From positions 192,001-256,000 of the forward strand of contig OZ223475.1 in assembly GCA_965140785.1 (NCBI GenBank): a DNA stretch of 64,000 nt, written 5' to 3'. How positions within the stretch are numbered: position 1 is the first letter of the stretch; each line of letters opens with the position of its first letter. The notes beneath the pieces are model-generated. The model was not told the DNA's origin. It did no database searches and saw only the letters and a program-made list of their open reading frames with translations. This DNA comes from an uncultured Ruficoccus sp. (GTDB lineage Bacteria > Verrucomicrobiota > Verrucomicrobiia > Opitutales > Cerasicoccaceae). The translations under genes and the position numbers were made by a program. Shown in pieces: positions 1-9,779 of this stretch.

Positions 1-1
1 G

Positions 2-3000
2 GTCGTCTATACCGATGTAGAAGCGCACGGGGCCACAATCATAAACGGGGATTTCTCAGAACGTACTAGCAGTGGAAAATTAAAAAACTGGGCGCTGAGA
101 AATAATGCTGCGCTTTTGACACAGGGGGTAAAGGCTCGGAATGAGGCATCGGTTTCGCAGCGATTCAAGGTTGAGGCAGGCAAGCCGGTAAAAATAAAGT
201 TAGTTGCGCGTGAGGCTAGCCTGGATGACGAGATGGCTGTTGTTTTACCTCCCCCAGTGGCTATAACCTTTGAGCACGAGGGCTGGCAATTATCGATTGA
301 TGGTGAGAACGGGGTTTGGAAGGATCTCAAATGGCAGGGATCGTCGCTTTATTCTAATCCCGCTGGATTGCCGCCATTTACACTCACTGGAGAGGAGACA
401 TGGGGAGAGCGTCGATTGGTAGATCACTCTTTCGACTCAACCTCAGGCGTTGCGAGCATCATTACGTCCAATGGAGATTGGACTTTCGAGGAACGCCTCA
501 CTCTCGGAAAACGTCTCAAGCGAGAAGTCATGGTTACCTTCAATGGGGGGCAGCCGGTGAAGTTCAAAAATCTGCACTTTTACTTCTACCTGCCCAAGGC
601 TGGCAGCTATTATTTCCCGGGTTCATTGTTCGGGGATACTCGTCACTACATGGCCATGGCGGATAAGCCGCCCTGCGAGGCTGAGGATTCCGGAGAACTA
701 AGCGAAATGAAAGACGGATCCATCGTTAAGGGCATCTATAACTGCTACTTCTCATTTATAGAGCAGACGCCTTCCCGGACTTTGATGTTTACTTTCGATG
801 GTGGTCGGGAACAAACCCGCGCATCATTTCAAGCTGCTAAAAATTACGTCAGGGGCGATACTTACGTGAAAGCCATGGGCTGGGCAATGCCGGGAGTGCC
901 TCAGCTCATTGGGCCCGCCTACATTGAAATTTTTGATGGGGACGTTCAGGCGGCATTAAAAAAGGCTCCTCATGCTTGGTTCAGGGATGTCGGCATGCTT
1001 CCGCCAGCGGATCGTCCAGATTGGGTTAGAGATGTTACCTCACTCTGGGTTTTCTGCCCGTCTCCCTATTTTGGAGGAGTGGACGGCTTGCGGGGAGCCA
1101 CCGAGGAAATGATACCTTACGCCAAGAAGCGTGGCGCCAACACCTTTTGGTTACTCCCCATGTATAAGACGTCTTGGCCATATGCTGTGCGCGATTATTA
1201 CCAATTTCGTCCAGATGTGGGCTCTTATGACGACTATAGAGCATTTCTACGGAGTGCCAAAGCTAACGGATTTCGCGTCTGGCAGGACATTGTTCCGCAT
1301 GGTGGCAGCGTTAAATATGGGCCTGAGCGCGGCGTAAGTCCGTTTACGGTATCGATTGCAGAAAACGGGGAGTTTGTGCAGGCTCTATGCTATGACTACG
1401 CCTCCTCTGAATGGAGAGAGTATATTGGCGATGTCGCCTCCTATTATACAAAGAATTTCGATATAGACGGGTTCAGAATCGACCAGCCCAGCTTTTCGCC
1501 AATGAATTGGCGTCGTCCTGGGTTCCCGTTGAAAGCCCCGAAGAACGGAGATGCCGAATGGTGGAATGATGCGGTCGCTGAGAACGGTGGTGACATTCCG
1601 CCCGTCGAGGGACAACGAGGCAGTTCTTCCTTGGTCGAGGGGGGGACGCTGATAACAAAAGAAATCCGCGATTCTGTTCGGGAAAACAAGCCTGAGGGCG
1701 CAGTTTTAGCCGAAACGGGGAACATCTCGTGCGCTCTCACTGGCGATGCGATTTTCGATTTTTATATCCGTCGAGTAGGCTTGAAGATGCCCCTCTTTGA
1801 TGGCGAAGCCACCGCCCGCGAGTTGGCACGGTACCTTGAGGAGCAGCAGCTTACGGATCCACCTGACACCATCCGCGTACGTTTTTTCGAGGTTCATGAC
1901 GCGGATCAACAGCGCTTTACAAACTGGTGCGGGCAGAATGCGGGCCAGGCTCTCCGGAGTACGATCTACTGGAGTAAGGGGATGCCACAGGTGCTGGCTC
2001 ATTCCGATGTGGGCATGGGGGCACTTCTTCAGCGCCTGAACGCTATTCGCACTGCGCTTCCCGAATTACGCCGAGGCGAGGCAGAGTACCAGGCGGTAGG
2101 GAGCTCTCCGTCGGTTTTCGCTGTGCTGCGATCAATGCCTAATTCATCTTCGATTGGCATAACCAGTTTTTTGCCTGAAGAAATCAAAACTACGCTAGAA
2201 ATCCCTATTGAGAAGCTCGGTTTCACTCCAAATAGCGAAGTCGTGCTCTATAATACTTGGACGGGAGAGACTCTGGGGGAAGGAAGGCTTGAAAGCTTTA
2301 GGCAATTAGAGCTGGAACTGCCCGCCTATGGTAACGCAGTGCTGACTTGGCGTCCTGTCGGCGAGCCATGTCCCTTGCCGTCCTCCGAACCGCTCGACTT
2401 TACGACGCCTTCGGCGCAGTCCTTGAAACTGAAGGAAAATGCCGACGAATTTGTGATCGAGGGTGCGAAAAAGCTCGTCATCGACCGTAACAGCGGCCTC
2501 CTGAAGCAGTTTGGGGATTGGCTGGACGGCTCATCCATTCTCTCCGACCAAGCATTGCTAGATGCACCGGCAAATGTCGTTGCCAAGATTGAAAACGGCG
2601 TTGCGACCGTTACTGCCAATCTTGCCTGTGGCGCGAATATTCGTTATGAATTAAGAGGTTCTGAATTGGAGATCACAGGTTCCCTTGAAAATTTCTCGAT
2701 AAAAGAACGGATGGCATTTGTATTGTCTGCAACCAATGCCAAGCGCTGGCAGGTCAACAGTATCGAGGGCAAGCTCGACGATTTTATTGACAAGAGCATC
2801 ATTGAACTGGACTCCCGGGCTTTCCTGCCGGTGTATAATCAGTCTTATCGGCCTAACGGGTCTCCGATCCTCTGGCACTCCGAGATCAAGCCGCTGAATC
2901 CATCTGCACCTTACGTTCGGATATTTGATGAAGATCGAAAAGGTTTTGAAATCCAATTGGATTCTCCGCTTTCGACCGGCTATGATGACATGATGTTGCT

Positions 3001-4228
3001 GAGCAAGCTTCCTGGTGATCCCGGGCTTCATGCCGCGATCTTCTGGGTACAACCCGGCCCCTTAAGTCTGGCTGACACGCCGGGGCCGCGCACGTTCAAG
3101 GTAGTCATCCGTCCAGCCGCAAAGAAAATTCCCTTTGTTCCCGCAATTGTGGACGGTGTGGAAATCTCGCATGAAAGTATGTTTTGGCGTTTGAAAAATG
3201 CGGAATACACATTACGCCTGACAAGAAATGGCGGGGCTATAAAGACGTTAGTCGGGAAAAAAGGAGGTCCCGTTTTTTCCGACCAGGATATCATCATCGT
3301 CGATCCGGAACTGAGGGCCACCCTCGATCTGGAAACGGGTGTCAGATGTTTTTCTGAGGATGGGAAACTCAAGCTAAGATTTCTGTCTGCATTAAGAAAC
3401 GGGGCGAATCAGGGGTTACCTTCTCCGCCGATTTGGGCCGTTACTGAATATTCGTTGGATGCTACCGAACAAGTGGTCCAGTCATTGAAAGTTTATGTCG
3501 ATTCTCCTACGCCCTGTTTCCCATCCTCCTCATCTCCACTCGAAGAGGTGCAGGTGGCCTATGTGGCCAGGCAGGGTTCCAAAAGCATCGAAATTCCTAT
3601 TCTAGATGAGAGCGGCAATCTGCCAGTTCGAGAATTCCTCGATTTTACCGCAGTTATTTCGGCTTCCGGGGATTTTCAGGTAAGTCCTATCCATACGTCC
3701 AAGGCCGACACGCTGGATTGGAAACGCTACTTCCAAATGAATTCCACGGGGTCCGCCGGGCCACTTCCACTCATGATAGCTTCGTCCACACCCGGAAACG
3801 CATTACTTGTCTGGAACTCGAGCGATACTCGTTTTGCTCCGGGTCATTCGGCGCCTGCGGCTATTGAAACAAGAATGCCGGGTTTTTCATATTTCGGCCC
3901 CTATGTCGATCTGAAGCCCGGCAAGTACCTCCTGAAAACGTGGATTAAAGGGAAGAATATAACGATAGAAAAAGGAAATGCTTTTGTGGAGTTACGCTTG
4001 GATTGGTTTCGTGACGGAAAGGTCATCCATAAGCTCAAGCGCTTTGAGATTCCTCAGGGTTCGTTCGATTGGCAACCTTTTGAGGCGGAGCTCGACGTAG
4101 AAGAGGGTACGACTATGCCCGTTGCGATAATTCTTAGGACATCCTTCGACTCCTATGGTGAAGGAACGATTTGGGCGGATCTTCCACAATGGGAAACAAT
4201 CCCCTCAGAAGGGATGGAAGACCAATAA
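2..4228 (+). CDS. Large multidomain GH13 (alpha-amylase family) glycoside hydrolase with putative CBM-like domains; 5' end lies outside the window
   Basis: Frame is open from base 2 (VVYTDVEAHGATIINGDFS...), upstream of the track start at 116. GH13 motifs YAVRDYY, DIVPH, DGFRID (nucleophile), LAE (acid/base) and EVHD are present. The C-terminus (GSFDWQPFEAELDV) resembles a CBM4/9-like domain. Confidence 0.75.
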   Translation, partial: VVYTDVEAHGATIINGDFSERTSSGKLKNWALRNNAALLTQGVKARNEASVSQRFKVEAGKPVKIKLVAREASLDDEMAVVLPPPVAITFEHEGWQLSIDGENGVWKDLKWQGSSLYSNPAGLPPFTLTGEETWGERRLVDHSFDSTSGVASIITSNGDWTFEERLTLGKRLKREVMVTFNGGQPVKFKNLHFYFYLPKAGSYYFPGSLFGDTRHYMAMADKPPCEAEDSGELSEMKDGSIVKGIYNCYFSFIEQTPSRTLMFTFDGGREQTRASFQAAKNYVRGDTYVKAMGWAMPGVPQLIGPAYIEIFDGDVQAALKKAPHAWFRDVGMLPPADRPDWVRDVTSLWVFCPSPYFGGVDGLRGATEEMIPYAKKRGANTFWLLPMYKTSWPYAVRDYYQFRPDVGSYDDYRAFLRSAKANGFRVWQDIVPHGGSVKYGPERGVSPFTVSIAENGEFVQALCYDYASSEWREYIGDVASYYTKNFDIDGFRIDQPSFSPMNWRRPGFPLKAPKNGDAEWWNDAVAENGGDIPPVEGQRGSSSLVEGGTLITKEIRDSVRENKPEGAVLAETGNISCALTGDAIFDFYIRRVGLKMPLFDGEATARELARYLEEQQLTDPPDTIRVRFFEVHDADQQRFTNWCGQNAGQALRSTIYWSKGMPQVLAHSDVGMGALLQRLNAIRTALPELRRGEAEYQAVGSSPSVFAVLRSMPNSSSIGITSFLPEEIKTTLEIPIEKLGFTPNSEVVLYNTWTGETLGEGRLESFRQLELELPAYGNAVLTWRPVGEPCPLPSSEPLDFTTPSAQSLKLKENADEFVIEGAKKLVIDRNSGLLKQFGDWLDGSSILSDQALLDAPANVVAKIENGVATVTANLACGANIRYELRGSELEITGSLENFSIKERMAFVLSATNAKRWQVNSIEGKLDDFIDKSIIELDSRAFLPVYNQSYRPNGSPILWHSEIKPLNPSAPYVRIFDEDRKGFEIQLDSPLSTGYDDMMLLSKLPGDPGLHAAIFWVQPGPLSLADTPGPRTFKVVIRPAAKKIPFVPAIVDGVEISHESMFWRLKNAEYTLRLTRNGGAIKTLVGKKGGPVFSDQDIIIVDPELRATLDLETGVRCFSEDGKLKLRFLSALRNGANQGLPSPPIWAVTEYSLDATEQVVQSLKVYVDSPTPCFPSSSSPLEEVQVAYVARQGSKSIEIPILDESGNLPVREFLDFTAVISASGDFQVSPIHTSKADTLDWKRYFQMNSTGSAGPLPLMIASSTPGNALLVWNSSDTRFAPGHSAPAAIETRMPGFSYFGPYVDLKPGKYLLKTWIKGKNITIEKGNAFVELRLDWFRDGKVIHKLKRFEIPQGSFDWQPFEAELDVEEGTTMPVAIILRTSFDSYGEGTIWADLPQWETIPSEGMEDQ

Positions 4229-4298
4229 GTCTAATTTCATAAGCAGTTTGTTATTTCGCGAAAAATTAAAACAACAATTAATCATTGATATGGATTAT

Positions 4299-6440
4299 AT
4301 GAAACATCCGTTTGTACTGGGTGTAATGTACTGGCCAAATCCCAGCGCTACTGCTCAAACGCTTCTGGCCGATATGAAGCGCATTCGGGAGAACAGCTTC
4401 ACTGTGATCCGTTCGTTCATCTCGTGGGAGCATCTGGAAGAAACGCAAGGCACTTTCGATTTTTCGCTGTATGACAATCTCTATGCGGCTGCGAAGGAAG
4501 CTGGCATCGGCATTGCGCAGACCCTTGGCATCTATCCGCCGTTTTGGATGAGGGCCGAATTGAGTCAAAAAGGACTCCTGGTGAATGACCGCTACCAGTG
4601 CCTTGACATACCGGATTTCAGTGAGCCTTGTTCGCGGTTTGTTCGTGCTGTCGTCGATCGCTATAAGGATCATCCCGCTCAATTCATGTGGTTCGTCTGG
4701 AACGAGCCCGAGAAGGCAGCGTGTGCTTGTCCCTATACTGAGAAAAAGTTCGGGCACTGGCTTTATGAAAAATATGGGACGATCGAAAATCTCCGAGCAG
4801 AGTGGGGCAAGGAACACCATATTTTTAACTCTACGTTGGCACCAGCGAGTTTTGAGGACATTAACCTTCCCTTACTTGCTTCGACTTTATTTCCGGAAAA
4901 ACGTAATTATGCCTGGGTGCTTGATTGGTTGGCCTTTTCGCAGGACAACCTTGCTGAGAACATCCGTTGGCTCTCTGACGAAGTCCACTCGATTGATAAT
5001 ATTCATCCTACGCACGCCAATCCATCCTTATTGCTTTGGAACGGTACCTTTCGGGGGCAAAATCCCTGGAAAGCGGCATCTGTGATTGACAGCGTTGGTG
5101 TATCCATTCACCCCTGCCACCATTTCGAACGGGCTCTTGATACCAACGATCCGCAGATTTTCGACAGAAATATTGCTTATGCCTACGTGAACGACCTCGT
5201 GCGCAGTGCTGCCTCTGGCAAGGATTGGTGGGTCTCTGAATTACAGGCAGGAGCGAATATCAACTCCGGCAACAAGCCTTTCAACGTTTCGGCAGCCGAT
5301 ATTCGTCAATGGATTTTACAAGCTGTCGCCAAGGGGGCCAGCGGTCTTCTTTTCTGGCTTTGGCAGGCATGGCGCAGTTCATGGGAATGCGGTGAGTTCA
5401 GTCTTGTGAATGGAGTGGATGGTACAGATACCGAACGCTCACGGGCTGCGGCCGAGGTTGGTTTGTTTCTAAAAAAACACGAGAAGCTTTTTTCCCACGC
5501 CCATCCTGTTCCGGCAAAAGTTGCCATCTTGTATTCGCCCGAATCACAGGCTCTGGCGTATCGGGAAAACAAAAGTGAGTGGTCAACCCGCGCGATGTTC
5601 GGTTGCTACTCCGCGCTATGGCGCAACAATATTAAAGCTGACTTTATTACACCCGACGACATCGCGGCAGGAATACTTGACCCCGTGCGTTATAAAGTCC
5701 TCTACGCACCATACGCTAAAGTCATAACTGCCGAAACTGGAGCGAGTATTGCGCACTATGTCCACGGAGGCGGTGCCCTCTGGGCAGATGGGCATTTCGC
5801 ATTTCGCGGTGCTCATTCTCATCTGCACGATACTAATCCTGGGGCAGGTCTTAGCGAGGTATTCGGGTGCAAGGAAGAGGATATTATGGTGGAGGATGGT
5901 TATTTTCAATTTTCGACGATTGGTTCCTCTGATACTGATGAGTGTAATAAAGTTCAGGGATGGCTCTTTCGACAGAGATTAACTGCCCTATCCCCTAATG
6001 CCCATATCTGTGCCCGCTATGCTGACGGTAGTGCAGCAGCTATTTCCAACGACGGATTTGGTAACGGTCGTAGTCTCATGGTTGGTACGTATTTATGTAT
6101 TGGATACCAGAGGCGGGCCGATGGAGGGGCCGAATCTTTGATTGTTGATTTCGCGAAGGAATGCGGTGTCGAGCCGTGCTTGAATATTTCAGGCGATTTT
6201 CTGGAAGTTAACGTACTACAAGCTCCTTTATACGATATCATTGTCGCGACGAATCACACTGCTGAAACAGCGAGTGCGAGTATTACAGTCAGCCCATTGG
6301 CTGGATGCACATGTGCGCTCGATCTCAAGTCAGGCAAAGATGTGCCATTTCGTGGCCCAAAAGCAAATGTGATAGCACTTCAGTTGGATGCTTGTGATAC
6401 CAGCGTTTTTCTCGTCAAAAAAGCGGAATACATGGACTAA
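4299..6440 (+). CDS. GH42-type beta-galactosidase with trimerization domain
   Basis: WEHLE...GTFDFS, WNEP acid/base and VSELQ nucleophile motifs, plus LFWLW and AKVAILYS. ATG 4299 (or 4290) is more plausible than track start 4155, which overlaps the upstream gene. Confidence 0.85.
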   Translation: MKHPFVLGVMYWPNPSATAQTLLADMKRIRENSFTVIRSFISWEHLEETQGTFDFSLYDNLYAAAKEAGIGIAQTLGIYPPFWMRAELSQKGLLVNDRYQCLDIPDFSEPCSRFVRAVVDRYKDHPAQFMWFVWNEPEKAACACPYTEKKFGHWLYEKYGTIENLRAEWGKEHHIFNSTLAPASFEDINLPLLASTLFPEKRNYAWVLDWLAFSQDNLAENIRWLSDEVHSIDNIHPTHANPSLLLWNGTFRGQNPWKAASVIDSVGVSIHPCHHFERALDTNDPQIFDRNIAYAYVNDLVRSAASGKDWWVSELQAGANINSGNKPFNVSAADIRQWILQAVAKGASGLLFWLWQAWRSSWECGEFSLVNGVDGTDTERSRAAAEVGLFLKKHEKLFSHAHPVPAKVAILYSPESQALAYRENKSEWSTRAMFGCYSALWRNNIKADFITPDDIAAGILDPVRYKVLYAPYAKVITAETGASIAHYVHGGGALWADGHFAFRGAHSHLHDTNPGAGLSEVFGCKEEDIMVEDGYFQFSTIGSSDTDECNKVQGWLFRQRLTALSPNAHICARYADGSAAAISNDGFGNGRSLMVGTYLCIGYQRRADGGAESLIVDFAKECGVEPCLNISGDFLEVNVLQAPLYDIIVATNHTAETASASITVSPLAGCTCALDLKSGKDVPFRGPKANVIALQLDACDTSVFLVKKAEYMD

Positions 6441-6488
6441 ATGTCCCGGGCGATGGGAGTTTTATCTCACTACTGATTTAAATCGTTG

Positions 6489-7418
6489 ATGAAATCTGAA
6501 TCAAACATACTTGGCCTAGGCTATTGCGGATGGGACACGCTGTGTCTGCTGCCGCGCATTCCGCTGGATGACAAGGTGCAGATCATTGAGCGCGTGGAGC
6601 AAGGGGGCGGTCCGGCGGCGACGGCTATGGTTGCGTCGGCTCGGCTTGGTACGAAAGCGGCGTTCATGGGTGTGATCGGCGATGACTCAGTCGGTGAGAC
6701 TATCATGAACGATTTTGCGGCTGAGAAAGTCGCGACCGGATTGGTCGTAAAGCGTGACGGAGCGTCTTCAGCGACAGCCACCTGCTGGGTGGATCAATCC
6801 ACCGGTAAGCGCAGCATCGCCTGGACGCATGGCGGCGCGGCCCCGCTCAAAGCTGAAGAGGTTGGCGAAGAGGTTGTTCTCTCCGCCCGTGCGCTTCATC
6901 TGGACGGGCACCAGACGCAGGCGGCGATTCGCGCGGCGCAGATCGCCCACGCGCATGGCATTCCGGTTTTTCTGGATGCCGGGACGCTGGTCGAGGACAT
7001 TGAAACGCTGCTACCGCTGTGTACGGTTGTGATCGCCTCGGAGGTCTTTGCGAAAAAGTTTACCGGCGAGAAAGACCCGAACGAAGCCATCCAAGCGCTG
7101 TATCGGCTTGGGCCGAGATGGACGGCGGTGACGCTCGGTCGCAAGGGCTCGGTTGGCTTCGATGGGGAGCGTATCCAAAAAATCCCTACACCCGATGTCG
7201 AGGTGGTGGATACGACCGGCGCGGGCGATGTCTTCCACGGCGCTTTTGCCGCGCGCTATGTAGAAACGATGGACGGTCAGCCGGAGTTTGATGATTGCCT
7301 GCGCTTTGCCTCAGCGGTGGCGGCCATGAAGTGCCGCAAGCTCGGGGGTCGCGCCGGTATCCCCAGCCGCGAGGAAGCCCTCACCTTTATGAAAAGCGCG
7401 ACGGCACCATCTCTTTAA
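6489..7418 (+). CDS. PfkB-family carbohydrate kinase (resembles YihV/sulfofructose-kinase subgroup)
   Basis: GGGPAATA...ARLG and DTTGAGDVFHGA PfkB signatures. Confidence 0.85.
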   Translation: MKSESNILGLGYCGWDTLCLLPRIPLDDKVQIIERVEQGGGPAATAMVASARLGTKAAFMGVIGDDSVGETIMNDFAAEKVATGLVVKRDGASSATATCWVDQSTGKRSIAWTHGGAAPLKAEEVGEEVVLSARALHLDGHQTQAAIRAAQIAHAHGIPVFLDAGTLVEDIETLLPLCTVVIASEVFAKKFTGEKDPNEAIQALYRLGPRWTAVTLGRKGSVGFDGERIQKIPTPDVEVVDTTGAGDVFHGAFAARYVETMDGQPEFDDCLRFASAVAAMKCRKLGGRAGIPSREEALTFMKSATAPSL

Positions 7419-7436
7419 ACACACACGACTTTTATC

Positions 7437-8231
7437 ATGACGCATTTAATAAAAACCCCTGCCGCAGACGGCTTTAACCGCATCTTTAACATCGGCGAAA
7501 AAGGCATGGCGATGACCGGCTTTGGGCTACTCAAGCTCGCCCCCGGCGAAAGCTGGTCGGTCAACTCCGGTGACAAGGAACTGGCGCTCGTCGTGCTCGG
7601 AGGAACCTGCAACGCAGAGGCGGGCGGCAAGGACTTTGGCGTGATCGGCGGTCGCAAGGACGTCTTTTCTGGCGATCCGTACACGCTGTACGTTCCGGCC
7701 AATTGCGAGGTTAAATTGATCGGCGAGAGCGCGGTGGAAATCGCTGTGGCCGAGTCGCCGAGGGACCAGGCGGGCGAGGCGATCCTGGTCACGCCGGACG
7801 AGGTCAAGGGCTCGCGCATGACGCTAGGCAAGGACAACTACCAGCGCGAGGCGGTCATCATGATCGGGGACAAGTTCCCGACGCAGCACTTTTTCGTGGG
7901 CGAGGCCTGGGTGCCGTCCGGCAACTGGGGCAGCTACCCGCCGCATCGCCACGACTTTCACAACCCGCCGACCGAGCTGGATATGGAGGAGCTTTACTTC
8001 TACCGCTTCAACCCGGACACAGGCTTCGGGCTGCAACTGATCTACGCCGACGGCCTCAAGTCCGACGACGGTTACCCGATCCGCCACAACGACACCATCG
8101 TCATCCCCGAGGGCTACCATCCGGCGGTCAATGCGCCCGGCTACACCATGTATTTCCTGTGGGTCATGACGGGGCACGAGCGCGGCTTCAAGCGCGTCGA
8201 AGATCCCACCCACGCGGAGCGCCTCAAGTAA
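7437..8231 (+). CDS. iolB: 5-deoxy-glucuronate isomerase (KduI/IolB family)
   Basis: GGRKDVF, GNWGSYPPHRHD, EELYFYRF and GYHP motifs typical of IolB. Confidence 0.85.
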   Translation: MTHLIKTPAADGFNRIFNIGEKGMAMTGFGLLKLAPGESWSVNSGDKELALVVLGGTCNAEAGGKDFGVIGGRKDVFSGDPYTLYVPANCEVKLIGESAVEIAVAESPRDQAGEAILVTPDEVKGSRMTLGKDNYQREAVIMIGDKFPTQHFFVGEAWVPSGNWGSYPPHRHDFHNPPTELDMEELYFYRFNPDTGFGLQLIYADGLKSDDGYPIRHNDTIVIPEGYHPAVNAPGYTMYFLWVMTGHERGFKRVEDPTHAERLK

Positions 8232-8237
8232 CGAACG

Positions 8238-9734
8238 ATGTATCTGCTCGGCATAGATATCGGCACCAGCGGCTGTAAAGTCACCGCGATGGACGCGGCG
8301 GGTGTCGTGCACGGCGAGGGTTTCGCTGAGTACGAAACCGCGCAGCCGCATCCCGGATGGGCTGAGCAGAACCCCGAGGACTGGTGTGTGGCGATGCGTG
8401 CTTGCCTTGATCAACTGCGCGAAAAGATCGATCTGAAAAAGGTCGATGCCATCGCCGTCGACGGCTCCACACACAACGCCGTGCTGCTCGATAAGAACAT
8501 GCAGCCGGTGCGCCCGGTTATCATGTGGACCGACCAGCGCAGCGCAGCCGAGGCCGCCGAGCTCAACGCTGAGCACGGCGAGCTGATTTTCAAGACCGCC
8601 TACCAAATGGCCGCGCCGACCTGGACCCTGCCGCAAATGCTCTGGCTGAGTCGTCACGAGCCGGAGGCGTTGCGCAAGACCGAGCACATGCTCTTTGTGA
8701 AAGATTACGTGCGCTGGCGCCTCACCGCCGTATGCTGTACCGATAATATCGAGGCGCAGGGCACGCTCTTTTTTGACATGGCGCGGCGGGACTGGTCCGA
8801 GTCACTCTGCGAGCTGGCGGGCATACGGCGCGAGATTTTGCCCGACCTCGTCAGCCCGACCACGGTGACGGGTACCATCACTGAGCAGGCCGCCCGCGAG
8901 TTTGGGTTGCCGACTGGTATCCCGGTGGTGTGTGGCTCTTCGGACGTAGCGGTGGAGGACTACGCGGCGGGTGCGATTGAGCCGGGCAGCATGATCCTGA
9001 AACTCGCCACGGCGGGCAATGTCAACGTCATGACGGACCAGCCCGTGCCCAACGCTCGCACACTGACCTACTCGCATGTGGTGCCGGGGCTGTGGTTCAC
9101 GGCGGTGGCGACGAGCTCGTCGGCCCGTTCGCAGCGTTGGTTCCGCGACCTCTTTGGCCAGGCCGAGATCGACGAGGCCGCCCGCACGGGCCGACGCGTT
9201 TACGACCTGATGGATGAGGCCGCTGCGCGTTCGAGCGCTGGGGCCAATGGCCTATTTTTTCATCCGTATCTTTTAGGTGAACGCGCCCCCTACTGGGATC
9301 CGCAGCTGCGGGCAAGCTTCGTCGGGGCGACCATGCGTCACACGCGAGACGACTTTATACGCGCCCTTCTGGAGGGCGTGGTCTTTTCCCTGCGCGACTG
9401 CTTCCGGCTGGTCGAGGAGATGCAGCTGCCCGTGAATGAATTGCGCCTGATCGGCGGCGGTGCCAGGAGCGAGCTGTGGACGCAAATCGTGGCCGATGTC
9501 TTCGGGCGCGAGATCATCCGGCCCTCGGGCTGCGATGCCTCCTACGGCTCCTGTCTGCTGGCGGGCGTCGGTACCGGCGTTTTTAGCGACGAACGCGATG
9601 CGGTGAAAAAATGCCTGCGCGAACGCGAGCCGGTTAAGCCGCAGCCGGGCAGCGTCGAGCGCTACGCCAAAGCCTTTCCTTTGTACACACGCATCCACGA
9701 CGTGCTGGCGGATGTTTACCGTGAGATCGACTAA
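8238..9734 (+). CDS. xylB: FGGY-family sugar kinase (xylulokinase-like)
   Basis: LGIDIGTSGCK, GWAEQNP, WTDQR, PYLLGERAP and GGGARS motifs. Substrate not certain. Confidence 0.8.
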   Translation: MYLLGIDIGTSGCKVTAMDAAGVVHGEGFAEYETAQPHPGWAEQNPEDWCVAMRACLDQLREKIDLKKVDAIAVDGSTHNAVLLDKNMQPVRPVIMWTDQRSAAEAAELNAEHGELIFKTAYQMAAPTWTLPQMLWLSRHEPEALRKTEHMLFVKDYVRWRLTAVCCTDNIEAQGTLFFDMARRDWSESLCELAGIRREILPDLVSPTTVTGTITEQAAREFGLPTGIPVVCGSSDVAVEDYAAGAIEPGSMILKLATAGNVNVMTDQPVPNARTLTYSHVVPGLWFTAVATSSSARSQRWFRDLFGQAEIDEAARTGRRVYDLMDEAAARSSAGANGLFFHPYLLGERAPYWDPQLRASFVGATMRHTRDDFIRALLEGVVFSLRDCFRLVEEMQLPVNELRLIGGGARSELWTQIVADVFGREIIRPSGCDASYGSCLLAGVGTGVFSDERDAVKKCLREREPVKPQPGSVERYAKAFPLYTRIHDVLADVYREID

Positions 9735-9779
9735 CGAGCGCCGGGCACGCGGCCTTTAATCCAAAGAAAGAAAAATCCT

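Noticed and set aside
7437..8231. Complete myo-inositol catabolic operon
   Set aside because: No IolD- or IolE-like genes in the window.
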